A DNA stretch of 64,000 nt from Marsupella aquatica. Taxonomy: Eukaryota > Plantae > Marchantiophyta. Shown here piece after piece: positions 1-11,277 of this stretch; position 1 is the first letter of the stretch, and each line of letters starts with the position of its first letter. The stretch is taken from NCBI GenBank assembly GCA_973895155.1, contig OZ316898.1:12613659-12677658 (forward strand), in the 5' to 3' direction. The notes under the pieces were generated by a model, which made no database searches, had not been told where the DNA came from, and saw only the letters and a program-made list of their open reading frames with translations. Made by a program: the position numbers and the translations under genes.

Positions 1-193
1 CATTAGCGCACACCATTGATAGCTGTATTTCTCGCTGATCGACATGATATCATTAAATTGCTACAGTTGGCCCGGTCTTGGGCATAATTTCGGCATGCAC
101 CAGCATGCTTATTGAGCAACTCCCAAAACAGTTCATGAACATCTTGTCATTGCGAGGCTTTCAAAGGGCCGCAAGAAAAGTATGTGTGCAGAG

Positions 194-455
194 TGTTGAT
201 AAAACTATCTAGCATGACTAAGATACCGGAACAGCCAACGGGAAGCACATAAGTACTCGGGGAAAGGGCAAGGAGTGCAGGGGGCGACAAAGAGGCGCCG
301 CATAGTAGAAGAGCCCAAGAGAAGGGGCGAAAGCATCAGATGGATGCAACCTAGATCTAAAGGTAAGCAGCAAGGGACAGAAGACGACAACGAACAGAAA
401 GTGGGCCCGTATACTGAAGGGGAAAACAAGGTACTGAAGATCGTAGTTTCCAACA
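194..455 (-). repeat. 3' LTR of copia element 1
   Basis: TG..CA termini; direct repeat of 5035-5296; preceded on the minus strand by the PPT GAGAGGGGG (456-464). Confidence 0.97.
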
Positions 456-569
456 CCCCCTCTCGATCTGAAGCCGCAGAAAACAAACGGGAGAGAGAGA
501 GATGATGCAGGTCAGCGAGAGTACCACTGTAGGTATAGTGCGGGAGTGCAGTGTACACATATGATGAAC

Positions 570-3500
570 CTAGATGAGAAGAGAGGACCTAGACCGAATG
601 CCAAGGAAATCTCGATGCTTTTCAAAAATTTGCCGACAGACTTGTTTGGTGAAAATGTCAGCATGTTGGTCATCGGTGTTGATGTATTGTAAAGAGACTT
701 CGCCTTCAAGAATCCTTTCACGTACAAAGTGGTGTTTGGCCTCAATGTGTTTGGTGCGAGCATGGAAGATCGGATTCAGAGCAAGTCGAATAGATCCTTG
801 GTTATCGCAGTGTAAGTGTAGATCGTGAGAAGTAGGGATTGCAGCTTCGTGTAGGTCCTTGTGGATGGTGGCATTGTCGCATTGAACAGGAACGGTGACG
901 TTGGAGGTATGTTGGAGCTCGCGAAGTAATCGACGTAGGTACACAGCTTCCTTAGTAGCCTCAGAGAGGGCCTTGTACTCAGCTTCGGTGGTGCTGTCCG
1001 AAATTGTGGGTTGTCGTTTGCTAGCCCAGGAGATAGGCCCAGAAGCCAGGGTGAAGACATAGCCAGCAGTAGAGCGCCGAGTATCGAGGCATCCAAGGTA
1101 GTCCGCATCAGTATATCCTGTGAGAAGAAGCTGAGAGGAGCGTTTGTAGTGGATCCCATAGTCAAGTGTCTTCTTAACGTACCGAAGGATGTGCTTGGCA
1201 GCTTCCAAGTGCTGCAAGTGAGGTTGAGACATAAAACGAGCCACCATACCAACTGAGTAGGATAGATCCGGTCGAGTGGTCGTAAGGAAGAGTAGTTTAC
1301 CCACAAGGGTGCAATACTCTGAGCGGTCAACGGGAGCCGTGTTAGAGTTAGATTGAGTGGCGAATCCTTCTGGTAGAGGCGTGTGGGCAGGCCTGCATTC
1401 AGTCATATTGTAATCACGAAGAATCTGTTCGGCATAGGTGTGCTGGTGAAGAAGCATACCGTTTGCAGTCTTGGTGAACTCCACACCGAGATATTTGCGG
1501 ATTTCACCAAGATCCTTCATTTCGTACCGATTCTGAAGATTGAGCTTGATAGTGTCGATGAGTGCCAAATCATTGCCGGTAATAAGAAGGTCGTCCACGT
1601 AAAGGAGTAAGAGTACAATAGAGGACCCCTGAAATAAGTAATACAGGTTGGGGTCAGCATCGCTCCGAGTCCAACCTTGTTCGTGAAGGTACTTATCAAT
1701 CTCTTGATACCATTCACGGGGGGATTGCTTCAGTCCATAGATGGATTTGTTGAGCCGGCAAACAAGGTGCTCCAATCCTTTACGAGCAAAGCCAGGCGGT
1801 TGTTGCATGAAAAGGAGCTCTTTAAGAGTCCCGTTAAGGAATGCAGTAACAACGTCCATATGACTGATAGGCCAACCAGATGCAACAGCAAGAGCGATAA
1901 CAGCACGAAGAGTTGACCAGCGAACGACGGGTGCAAAAGTGTCATTATAATCTATGCCAGGTTGCTGTTCAAGACCCCTAGCAACAAGACGAGCTTTAAG
2001 ACGTGCGCGCGTTGGATTATCGGCGTCATGGATAGGTTTAGATTTGTACAGCCATTTTGATGAAATTGCACGTCTCCCCGGGGGTAACTCCACAAGGTCC
2101 CATGTCTCATTTTTAATCAAGCTGTCATATTCTTCCTGCATAGCACTGCACCAGCCAGGGTCTTGTATAGCATCACGGAAGGCAATAGTGTCACTAACAG
2201 GGTTAGCGGTTTCGATAATGCATAAGTCTACATCCTCCGGGATATGCATTTCATAGTCCCCACTACGAGCCCAGGCTGGAAGCTGCCTGGCCCTTGACCC
2301 GCGGCGTTTTGGTAGCGGATTAATCTGAACATTTGGAGCAAGGGTGGAGTTACAGGGCAGAGGAGGAGCCTCGTCGATGGTGGGGTCGACGTTGTGGACA
2401 TGAGTCCCACCGTGATTGCCAAGGTCAGCAACGTCCTTGATGGTGTTGTCATTGGGGAGCTGGGTCCCATCAAGATTGCTAGGGGCATCGTGAGCAGCAT
2501 GGTCAAGAACATGATGTTCGTCCCCTTCTGGCTCAGAAGGAGCCTCAGTTGCTGGGAGAAGGTCAAGAAAAATGTCTGACTGGGCAGGAGGAGCACGAAA
2601 ATCTCCAGGGGAGTCTTCAATAAAGGTGACATTGGAGGAGATAAGGATCCGACGAGAGAGGGGGTCAAAACAGCGGTAGCCTTTGGTGTTGAGGTCATAA
2701 CCAATGAAGACAGAAGGGATAGCTCGCGAGCCAAATTTCCCATCGGACTTAGTAGGGAGGCGAACAAAAGCTGAGCAGCCAAGGACACGGAGGTGAGAGA
2801 GATCAGGCTTCATACCATAGAGAGCCTCAAAGGGCGTCGAGAGATGAAGGGCCCGAGTGGAACATCGATTGAGAACATAGGTGGCAGCTTTGACTGCCTC
2901 AGGCCAGAGGAAGCGAGGATATTTACCCTCAACATATATACTCCTGGCGGCCTCAAGTAAAGTGCGATTTTTGCGTTCAGCTACCCCATTTTGGTGGGGG
3001 GTACTAGGGGCAGTCAGTTGACGGCGAATCCCGTGGTGGCTGCAGAACTCAATAAATTCTTGGGACAAGTATTCGCCACCTCGATCAGAGCGTAAACAGG
3101 AGAGCTTGGTGCCAAATTGATTTTCGGCAGCAGTTTTGAACGTCTTGAAGCAGCGGAAAGTCTCATGTTTGTGAGAGAGATAATAGACCCACGTAAAACG
3201 GGTAAAATCGTCGATGAAGGTCAAGATGTACTTGACGGGGGAGCTGGAGTGGATGGGTCCGCAAAGATCAGAATGCACCAGATCCAAAACACGTGATGTG
3301 CGTCGAATGGAGTGCTTGGGGACATTGTCACGATGAGTTTTGCCGAGGATACATGACGTACATTGCTTTTTCTGAAAGGAGAGCAAGGGAACACCAGTAA
3401 CGAGGTGTCGGGCAGTCATGTGATGTGCAGTTTGAAAGTTGAGATGAGCCAGACGCCGGTGCCATAAGTCGACAATGTCAGTCTCCACATTGGTGATGGT

Positions 3501-4904
3501 ATTCGCTTCATGTGTCAAACAAGGCGGAGGATAAGAGCCGGAGGACGACAGTTGATACAAACTGTTCCGCGGTGATCGAGATGCCTGGAGAAAGACGGAT
3601 GATGGGTTGTCTTTGTCAAACACTAAGCAAGACTTAGAGTCAAACAAAATAAGATGACCAGCATCGGCAAGTTTGCCCACAGACATAAGATTTTTGTGAA
3701 CACCAGGCACGTAAAGAACATTGTTGATAGCTTTATTGTCAACATGAGCAGTGCCATTGCCAGCAATGGGCAAAGTGTTACCGCTAGCAGTGGTTACACC
3801 AGGACCAGAAGGGCCAGCCTGCTGGAAAGTCTCTAATGTTGAGCGATGTCCAGTGATGTGATTGCTAGCACCGGAGTCCATGTACCAATCTTGAGAGGTG
3901 TTTCTGAATTCGGTAAGGTTGGCAGCAATCTCTTCCTCGTGCATCTCTGGAAATGGATCAAAATCCTCAGGGTCTGGAGTGAACTCCGTGAGGTGTGCCT
4001 GGGGTTTGATTCGACGAAGGTTCCCTGCACGAATCATCAGCTGGGAGATTTGATCATCCAGCTTCTTCAGGTCGCACTCAACTTCCCAATGGCCAGATTT
4101 GCTGCAGTAGTTGCACGAGCCAGTCGTGCGACGTGGAACAGGAGCAGGCGGGTGACAGCGGTTGTCAGCAATGGATCCACGGTAGTCCCCTGGGCGAGAG
4201 GGTCGGTGAGAGACACGGCCTCTGACAGCAGGTCGAGAAAAGCGAGCGAGAAGGGCTTCTTCAGCAACTTCCTCTCGTTTCCCTTTCCTCCAGAAAGCCT
4301 CAGCCTGCATACGTTCCACAAGGGAGGAGAACTTGGGTGTATGGGTTCTAGATAAATCAGCGCCAAAGCTGGATACAAAGGGACCCCAGCTATGTGGTAA
4401 CCCGCCTAGAACAATGTGAATGAGACGGGAGTTGTCAACAGTGGCATTAATCGTGGAGAGTTGGGAAGTGATGCTTTCTACTTCCCTGAGGTAGTCTTCG
4501 ATGTTACTGCCTTCAGTCATCTTGACTTTATGCAGCTTCTGTTCGAGGAGAAGTCTGCGTTGGAGAAGGTCACCTCGAAAGCGCTGCTTGAAGTGCTGCC
4601 AGCAGGCAACAGGATCGTTGCCATATGAAGCAACGACATGGAGGAACTTGGTCTTGACGGTGGCCATCAGAATGGACTTGGCCTTGATGATCTTCTTCTT
4701 GCGTTCCTTGGGAGTGAGGACAATCTCATCCTCTACTGTAGCAACGTTGGTTGTGTCAGTGTTGTCGCTGTCTTCGTCAGCGAACTTCAGTTCATCCCAT
4801 ACCTCGTCTCGCTCGAGCAGGGTCTGGACTTGTAAGCTCCACGTGATGTGGTTGCTTTCTCCATCTAGCTTGTCAGCTTCACTGAATATTCTAGCTAGGT
4901 CCAT
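570..4904 (-). CDS. Copia gag-pol polyprotein (Gag, CCHC knuckle, protease, integrase, RT, RNase H), 1444 aa
   Basis: Motifs in copia order: CNYCSKSGHWEVEC, WYMDSGAS, WHRRLAH..CTSC, LVHSDLCGP / RSDRGGEY / NGVAERKNR, YGLKQ, LYVDD, YTDADY, TEAEY, ADIFTK. No stops. Confidence 0.97.
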   Translation of the reverse strand: MDLARIFSEADKLDGESNHITWSLQVQTLLERDEVWDELKFADEDSDNTDTTNVATVEDEIVLTPKERKKKIIKAKSILMATVKTKFLHVVASYGNDPVACWQHFKQRFRGDLLQRRLLLEQKLHKVKMTEGSNIEDYLREVESITSQLSTINATVDNSRLIHIVLGGLPHSWGPFVSSFGADLSRTHTPKFSSLVERMQAEAFWRKGKREEVAEEALLARFSRPAVRGRVSHRPSRPGDYRGSIADNRCHPPAPVPRRTTGSCNYCSKSGHWEVECDLKKLDDQISQLMIRAGNLRRIKPQAHLTEFTPDPEDFDPFPEMHEEEIAANLTEFRNTSQDWYMDSGASNHITGHRSTLETFQQAGPSGPGVTTASGNTLPIAGNGTAHVDNKAINNVLYVPGVHKNLMSVGKLADAGHLILFDSKSCLVFDKDNPSSVFLQASRSPRNSLYQLSSSGSYPPPCLTHEANTITNVETDIVDLWHRRLAHLNFQTAHHMTARHLVTGVPLLSFQKKQCTSCILGKTHRDNVPKHSIRRTSRVLDLVHSDLCGPIHSSSPVKYILTFIDDFTRFTWVYYLSHKHETFRCFKTFKTAAENQFGTKLSCLRSDRGGEYLSQEFIEFCSHHGIRRQLTAPSTPHQNGVAERKNRTLLEAARSIYVEGKYPRFLWPEAVKAATYVLNRCSTRALHLSTPFEALYGMKPDLSHLRVLGCSAFVRLPTKSDGKFGSRAIPSVFIGYDLNTKGYRCFDPLSRRILISSNVTFIEDSPGDFRAPPAQSDIFLDLLPATEAPSEPEGDEHHVLDHAAHDAPSNLDGTQLPNDNTIKDVADLGNHGGTHVHNVDPTIDEAPPLPCNSTLAPNVQINPLPKRRGSRARQLPAWARSGDYEMHIPEDVDLCIIETANPVSDTIAFRDAIQDPGWCSAMQEEYDSLIKNETWDLVELPPGRRAISSKWLYKSKPIHDADNPTRARLKARLVARGLEQQPGIDYNDTFAPVVRWSTLRAVIALAVASGWPISHMDVVTAFLNGTLKELLFMQQPPGFARKGLEHLVCRLNKSIYGLKQSPREWYQEIDKYLHEQGWTRSDADPNLYYLFQGSSIVLLLLYVDDLLITGNDLALIDTIKLNLQNRYEMKDLGEIRKYLGVEFTKTANGMLLHQHTYAEQILRDYNMTECRPAHTPLPEGFATQSNSNTAPVDRSEYCTLVGKLLFLTTTRPDLSYSVGMVARFMSQPHLQHLEAAKHILRYVKKTLDYGIHYKRSSQLLLTGYTDADYLGCLDTRRSTAGYVFTLASGPISWASKRQPTISDSTTEAEYKALSEATKEAVYLRRLLRELQHTSNVTVPVQCDNATIHKDLHEAAIPTSHDLHLHCDNQGSIRLALNPIFHARTKHIEAKHHFVRERILEGEVSLQYINTDDQHADIFTKQVCRQIFEKHRDFLGIRSRSSLLI

Positions 4905-5022
4905 GGCTAGATCACGTTGGGAACTCTCACCAACTGAAATAGACGGAGGGACAGGTCGCTCAAACTCAGAGAACTCTCATCTAAGTGTAGCGTTGGATCT
5001 TAGTCATGGGAGAGCTAACCTT

Positions 5023-5034
5023 GCTCTGATACCA
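5023..5034 (-). promoter_or_regulatory. Primer binding site (tRNA-iMet 3' end)
   Basis: TGGTATCAGAGC on the minus strand immediately inside the 5' LTR. Confidence 0.95.
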
Positions 5035-5296
5035 TGTTGATAAAACTATCTAGCATGACTAAGATACCGGAACAGCCAACGGGAAGCACATAAGTACTCG
5101 GGGAAAGGGCAAGGAGTGCAGGGGGCGACAAAGAGGCGCCGCATAGTAGAAGAGCCCAAGAGAAGGGGCGAAAGCATCAGATGGATGCAACCTAGATCTA
5201 AAGGTAAGCAGCAAGGGACAGAAGACGACAACGAACAGAAAGTGGGCCCGTATACTGAAGGGGAAAACAAGGTACTGAAGATCGTAGTTTCCAACA
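5035..5296 (-). repeat. 5' LTR of copia element 1
   Basis: Identical to 194-455; adjacent to the PBS. Confidence 0.97.
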
Positions 5297-8080
5297 CAGA
5301 GGTAGGCAGCGCATAATTACTCTAAGCCCGACTCTAAGGCGTGGTGATATCATATGCTGAGAATTCCCAAAAGTATATGACTGATGGATGCACTGCCATA
5401 CCCAAAGCAGGCGGGTCGGGGTCATGGAGCTTTCTGTGAGATCCAGATTCGAACTCGATAGCTTTTCCAAGACCCTAAACTCTGAACACTGGTGCCAAGT
5501 GCATGAGGAGATGTATATAGCGTTCGACATTTCAATCGTAGAAAAAAATAAGATTCAACTTTTGTCCTATTGGAGGCAGGAAATAAGTTTGATTAATTTG
5601 TTCACCTTCTTACAATATTCTAATTGCTCGACCTACGTACGGAGTATTGCAAGTCAACGTCGTTGTCGACAACGTTTCCAAGAATCATTCATGTAATTTT
5701 GTATTCATATCTAAAACCCACATTTAATATTTAATTAGGTGAAGTATTCATTAGTAGTCCGTGAACTTCAGTCTAGATAATCATATTCTACTGCTGCCAA
5801 ATCTTCCGCCGCATTGTACGTACGGTGTCGACCTCCTTCCATTCTAGAAGCTTCTACAATTCTTAAACCCTGAACTTGAGTTTGATTTGCGTCCACACTC
5901 GTTGGGTGTTTGACTAACTCACGATACTCCTGCTGCGCCTCGAGGCCAAATAATGAACAAGAGTAGGATCGATCAAAATTCCAAGTTGATGTTTATCAGT
6001 CTTGGGGCTTTTGTACATTAGCGATACTTCGAAAAAATTAGCTAACTTGTTCAGGAGGCCGAGAGAAAACCTTTCTGATTAAAGTGATATTTTTCAATGT
6101 CTGCAAAAGCATGGACAACAGTCCACTTCAACAATTCACCATCTCGCTTGAAATTAATACTTCCCGTCGAGCCAGTAAAGACTGAAAAATCCGGTCAAAC
6201 GGACATTCGATGAGACACCGCTGAAATAGTTTCTTCGTACTCTCGATGGGGCCGAGATGCCGGTTTGACGATTCAACAATATGGAGGCAGGATGATGGAT
6301 GGCCTCACTAATTATACCACTTGTTCGTGGATCTCGACCTAAAGTTTCTTAATTATTCGACGGATTAATTTGAGTCCTTCGTTGTCCTCGTTGTTACCTG
6401 ATTGCTTACGATTGCTAAGACACAGTAGCTTGCTTCTGAATTAATCACTGTGAGGTTAAGTTCAACTTGTGGGGACTGTCACTTCGTCGCAGTTCAAGGC
6501 TACACAATATCTTGCCTCAATTCAAAAACCTTTACACGGGTTTCGATGGTTGTGAGTTATCCCAGCAATAGGTTGGTTTAATGTTGGCCTGAAATTTGAT
6601 CTGGTTGAACTGAAGGTTCGCCACACTTCCTTCGATCTTAAGGACGGTATCCACAATGATTGACTCCTTGCTTAACTCATGATAGACTTTTTGCTTGGCA
6701 TTCCAGACTTGTACGTGTCGCCCGTTGTTAGAGGGATTTCAATACTAGACACAAGTTTACGTGATATAGTGTCGCCCACGCTACTGTAGTGGCCTTAAAT
6801 CCAAAAGGTTGATCACACTGACAGTCCGCAAATAGATTAGTGTGGGCAGAAGGTATTACAAGGGCGAAAATTTTCAGAAAGAAGTGTGGGATGGGTACAT
6901 CACTTAATTGGGCCGTTGTTCGTGGAAGCTAAGCATTTTGGAGCGCCCTCCTGGCTTTTATCATGTGAGCCAATTGGACTGAATGATGACAGGTTAGGAG
7001 CACCTTCTCGTCGTTCTAGAATCGCTGGTATACCAGCCTTCCTCGAAATCTAACAAAAAATTCGCGATTGAAGCCTCTAGACTCTGGGTACGTGCAGGCA
7101 GTGCAAGTTGGGGCGAGGCAACAGGTGGGAAGGCAACCGTGGCCCAGAGCAAAAAGCTCGGGCACTGGGGCAAGTGCATTTGGAGTTGCAATCAACAAAG
7201 GACTCTTGAACAAGGATGTAATGCTTGAGAAGAGAAGATGATGCTTCAATGTTTTCCACATATATTGGATTTCTGGATTGAGTTGACCAATGATTCTCCA
7301 ACTATCCCTCAACCGGGCCCTCAACAGAATCGTAATACTGAGATGAATAGTTCAATTCCACCAGGAAGTCCATGCTTTCTCTTCTACTGTAGTCTTTTGA
7401 TTCAATAAAAGTTGATGCACCCACTTTAAGCAGATAGAAGTACAGTTATCTAAATAATAAGTTTCAGACCACGCTATTTGAGCGCTCCACATTACACTTG
7501 AAGTAGTGTGGGTTGGGAAGATTTTCATTACTCAACGTTATTAGTGTGGCCCACACAATTTCGCATGCCACTCTAATTCGGTACCCACACTATACTGGTT
7601 AAAGAGAGTGACTGTATTGCAACTAGTGTAGTTTCAAAGTAGTCAAAACTAGTGTTAATTATTCTAACTAGTCTTGAGTACCTGTTCTTTGAGCGTGAAT
7701 AAGAGAGGATAATAAAAGTGTTACCAAAAATATTCTCTATTCATATTCTTTGAAGGCTAATGAAATGTAAAAAAACACATCATTTTAATAGTCATATATA
7801 TAGTATACCATTTTCCTTTCTATGCGCATCCTTGTTCTATGCACAAATGTTGTGGTGGGGCCATAGTGCCCATTTTTTGAATGTAAATGCTTATAAATTA
7901 TCACAAAAAACAAATTATCACAAAAAAACTTGCATATGTACCAGATGACATACATCATGATAGTCATAAGTTCTTCCCATGCACATGATGATCATGGAGT
8001 TATGGTCTAGAGATTTCACTCTAGACCTAGGCCCTTAGAAGTAGACTTAAGTTGATGCTTTTATAGTAAGATTGTGTTAG

Positions 8081-8314
8081 TCTACATTTTGAAACTTAAT
8101 TTTCAACTGCAAATTAACCGCATTACCGCAACCCACACATTATTAGCGTGGTCTCACTAGTTTTTGCGCTTTTGATTTATATCGTTTTCTTTATGAAAAC
8201 TAGCTTACTTGGACAGGACATAGAGTCAGGAGATTCTATCAATTGAGATCATGATTATTCAGGTTGCGGTAATGCGGTTAATTTGCTGTTGAAAATTAAG
8301 TTTCAAAATGTAGA
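8081..8314. repeat. Inverted repeat / MITE-like foldback
   Basis: 53-bp arms 8081-8133 and 8262-8314 are reverse complements with 1 mismatch; 128-bp spacer; no clear TSD. Confidence 0.75.
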
Positions 8315-8668
8315 TGATCTCTTACTTGTCTCTGTGAAGTCCACATTAGTGTTAACTTGCTGCACAGAAAAGAATACTCGAGTTGGTAAATTGGAAGCCT
8401 GTGAAATTAAATGCTTTGGAAGTTCAGTTTCAATCTTTTGAGATGAAATTAGGAGGTAGTCTGGTCAGAAAGAGGACATCCTCAACAAGCTTTGGAGTGC
8501 CAATTTGACAGAATCTGGAGGAAGCATAATTTGGCGCAACTATAAGCAAAAATAGAATGGCTCAGGGGAGTCGGAGCTGCACTTTCCGAAGTTTGGGTCA
8601 CACGATATTGGCATTTATGGGGACTCTGGATAACCCGTGGCCCCTTGTACTCGTAGTTGTGGTTTAAA

Positions 8669-8999
8669 TGTAGAGGTTAACCCAGTCTTGGGTTGAACTA
8701 TGGTGGTTAGTATGTTAACTAGGGTTTACTCTAACCCTAGTTGAAGAGATTGGTCCTTATCTCTCCAAGTTCTATGTGGTGTGAGAACACACACATGAGA
8801 GTTCTCAGGAGAGAACACATAGCATAGCAGCAAGAGATGAGAGCTTGAAAAGATGAGAGCTATGGTGATGCTTGAGTAGACACATAACCGTTATTAAAGT
8901 TTGGTCTTCCCGTGGACGTAGCCGACCTTGAGGAGAACCACATAATTATTGAGCAAGTGTATGTTTGGAGTATTTTTCCTGATCTGATTTCTCCCCACA
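8669..8999 (+). mobile_element. Solo LTR (copia-type)
   Basis: TGTAG...CCACA termini flanked by a perfect TSD TTAAA (8664-8668, 9000-9004). Contains CCCGTGGACGTAGCC...GAACCAC, a motif common in plant copia LTRs. Confidence 0.8.
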
Positions 9000-9562
9000 T
9001 TAAAGCGGGCCCACAAGGGACTAGCAAAAAGCTAGGCTCCTGATTAAACCAATGCCCAAACAAGATTGAAGGCAAGCCCAAACCAATTCCAAAGGTGCAT
9101 CTCATAGGATCATGCTTGAAAGGGGTGTAATGCAGTCAAAAATCACTTGGTGAACATGGTTTCATTGGACCATCCAAAATTACTCTCTTCAAGGCAGGAA
9201 CTGTGCTCCACACATCCTTGGGCAGGCTTGAAAGGGGAGAGTATGTTTCATTCTCAACTATCTTCCATGACATAGTCAAAGAGGAAATTAGTCTATTTAA
9301 GATCCACAATGAAGCAATAAGCCAAGCTAGCCAGAAGCCACCTATGCACAACTGCCATCCACACACAACTACCAAGGAACAAACATGGAGCAGTTGTGAT
9401 TAGGGTACATGTTAAGTAACAACTCTGGAAATTATGTTAAAAAGGTGAAAATTGTTAGACTCTACCTTGACCGGACGACCGGACCAGCCGGTCACCCTGG
9501 TCCCACTATATGTACTTCTATTCACGACTATACACATGATCATTCTGACTCATACTCCAACA

Positions 9563-9576
9563 CGTTATCAGCACGA
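9563..9576 (+). promoter_or_regulatory. PBS complementary to half-molecule tRNA-Ile (anticodon arm)
   Basis: CGTTATCAGCACGA directly after the 5' LTR; complementary to TCGTGCT-(I)AT-AACG of plant tRNA-Ile(AAT), with the tRNA sequence recalled from memory. Confidence 0.8.
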
Positions 9577-11277
9577 AAGCTTAACGAGAGGAGAGCGCAC
9601 AGAGAGGATCGAGAAGTAAAGGGAAAGAGACAAGAGCAAAGGGGATCCACCGTTACTTTTGAGAGCCTGTGCCTCGCGATTTGATCGATAAGGATTGCAG
9701 GAAACGAAAGAGAAAATCAAGAAAAGGACCGCGAGCAGAAACGAACGAAAAAAAAAGGGAAAGAAAGGCAGCCCGATGCGCTAAGGACATCGCAAATAGA
9801 AGGCGAAGAAGATCAGGCCATACACAGATAAGACAGAGAGCAAGAAGGGAAGAGATTAATCTAGCAAGAAGAGAAGCCAGAGAAGAAACGAAATCTCATA
9901 AGGAATGAGAGACAAAACGAGAAGGAGACAGGGACGCAGCATGCCCGACGTTGAACCCAATCGAATCAGAAAAGGTTGCAGAAAATGAAAAGGGGCATAA
10001 GGACATCGAGAAGGAATTAGAGAGTAGAAACACAACGAGGCCATAAAATCTTCTGAAAATCGAAGGAGAGTGGTAAGCAATGCAAAGCGAAGGGGTTCGA
10101 TAGGGATGAACCGAGAAATGATGCCTGAATCGAAAGCAAAAGAAGCAGCACATAAGAAGCATCGATAGCCCTCAGAGTCTCAGAAGATACCTAGGACCCA
10201 TTGAGTTTGCCACGAAGTTGCAAGACACTCTGAGATCTAGGAGAAGCTCGCAGATCTAGGAGCGACCCATCCACATCGAAGAATTGGAGGAAGGCGCAGC
10301 GAATCGATCGAGGCAGGAGAGAAAACATTAAGAAATCAGTTTACGAGGGAGGAGAATTGAAATGGAAAGATAAGGACCACCAGCAGAGAGAGACCGAAAC
10401 AGAAATTGATGCAATTTCAGTTGAGGCCTTCTTGACGAGAGATCGAGCGCGAGCGAGTTATTTATATGAGGAGATAGATTGCCGAACTGGGATACAAAAG
10501 ATCGATAAGGCAGCGAGAGGCCACACCCTCGAGAACAGCAGTGAATGAAAGAAACAGAGAAACGTTTGAGAAGATCGGTCAGCCTGATGCGCCGCATTTA
10601 AGGTGTTTCACAAAACCACGAGGCGCGTCCGAATTCTAAACTTCCATGGGAAACAAAAATTAAAAGGGCACTTGAAAGAAGGGCCGAAAGTAGGGAGACA
10701 CCGAAAACAGCGAGAGGGCAAAATGAGCAATAGAGAGCAACCATAAGGACCATAGACGGAAGGCCACGACTGCTAACGAGACCAGAAGGTCAAAAGGAGC
10801 GGCAAATGAGGGAGAAAGCGCAACCTGAAGGCCCAAAAACATCGACAAAACGTCGAAGAAACTCCACAACCGCTAAGTGCACGCTCCATAACCGCAAATA
10901 ACCGCAAAACCCTCGTTAATTGCAAACTCCATCAAAGAGATTTAATTTACGAAGCAGAAAGTGCACTTAACCAAGTCACGAGTAAATTACCACCAATAAC
11001 TGCACAAACTGCAAAACCTCATTACTGCATAGCTTAACAAAGGAAAAAGATAATACAAAGGAAACCTTGCAGTTATACATTCACAAAGAAAACCAACTTA
11101 ATAAGTGCAAACCTAAATTCTGCAAAAACCCAAACATTCCTGCTTTACTCGCCAGTGACCTAGATTGATCTCCTCAACCCTTTCTCCACTATTGCATGCG
11201 GCAAATGTGCATTGTCTTTTGACTATATATATTATATATAAACACGCACACCACCGTTGCACGCCAGGACCTTAGAG

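Larger units (their letters stand above)
194..5296 (-). mobile_element. Full-length intact Ty1/copia LTR retrotransposon
   Basis: Two 262-bp LTRs (194-455, 5035-5296) with TGTTG...CAACA termini, identical by eye. 5-bp TSD CAGAG at 189-193 and 5297-5301. iMet PBS, PPT and a single gag-pol ORF. Confidence 0.98.

Noticed and set aside
205-5530. Short ORFs overlapping the LTRs or antisense to gag-pol
   Set aside because: Shadow ORFs of the element with no independent motifs.
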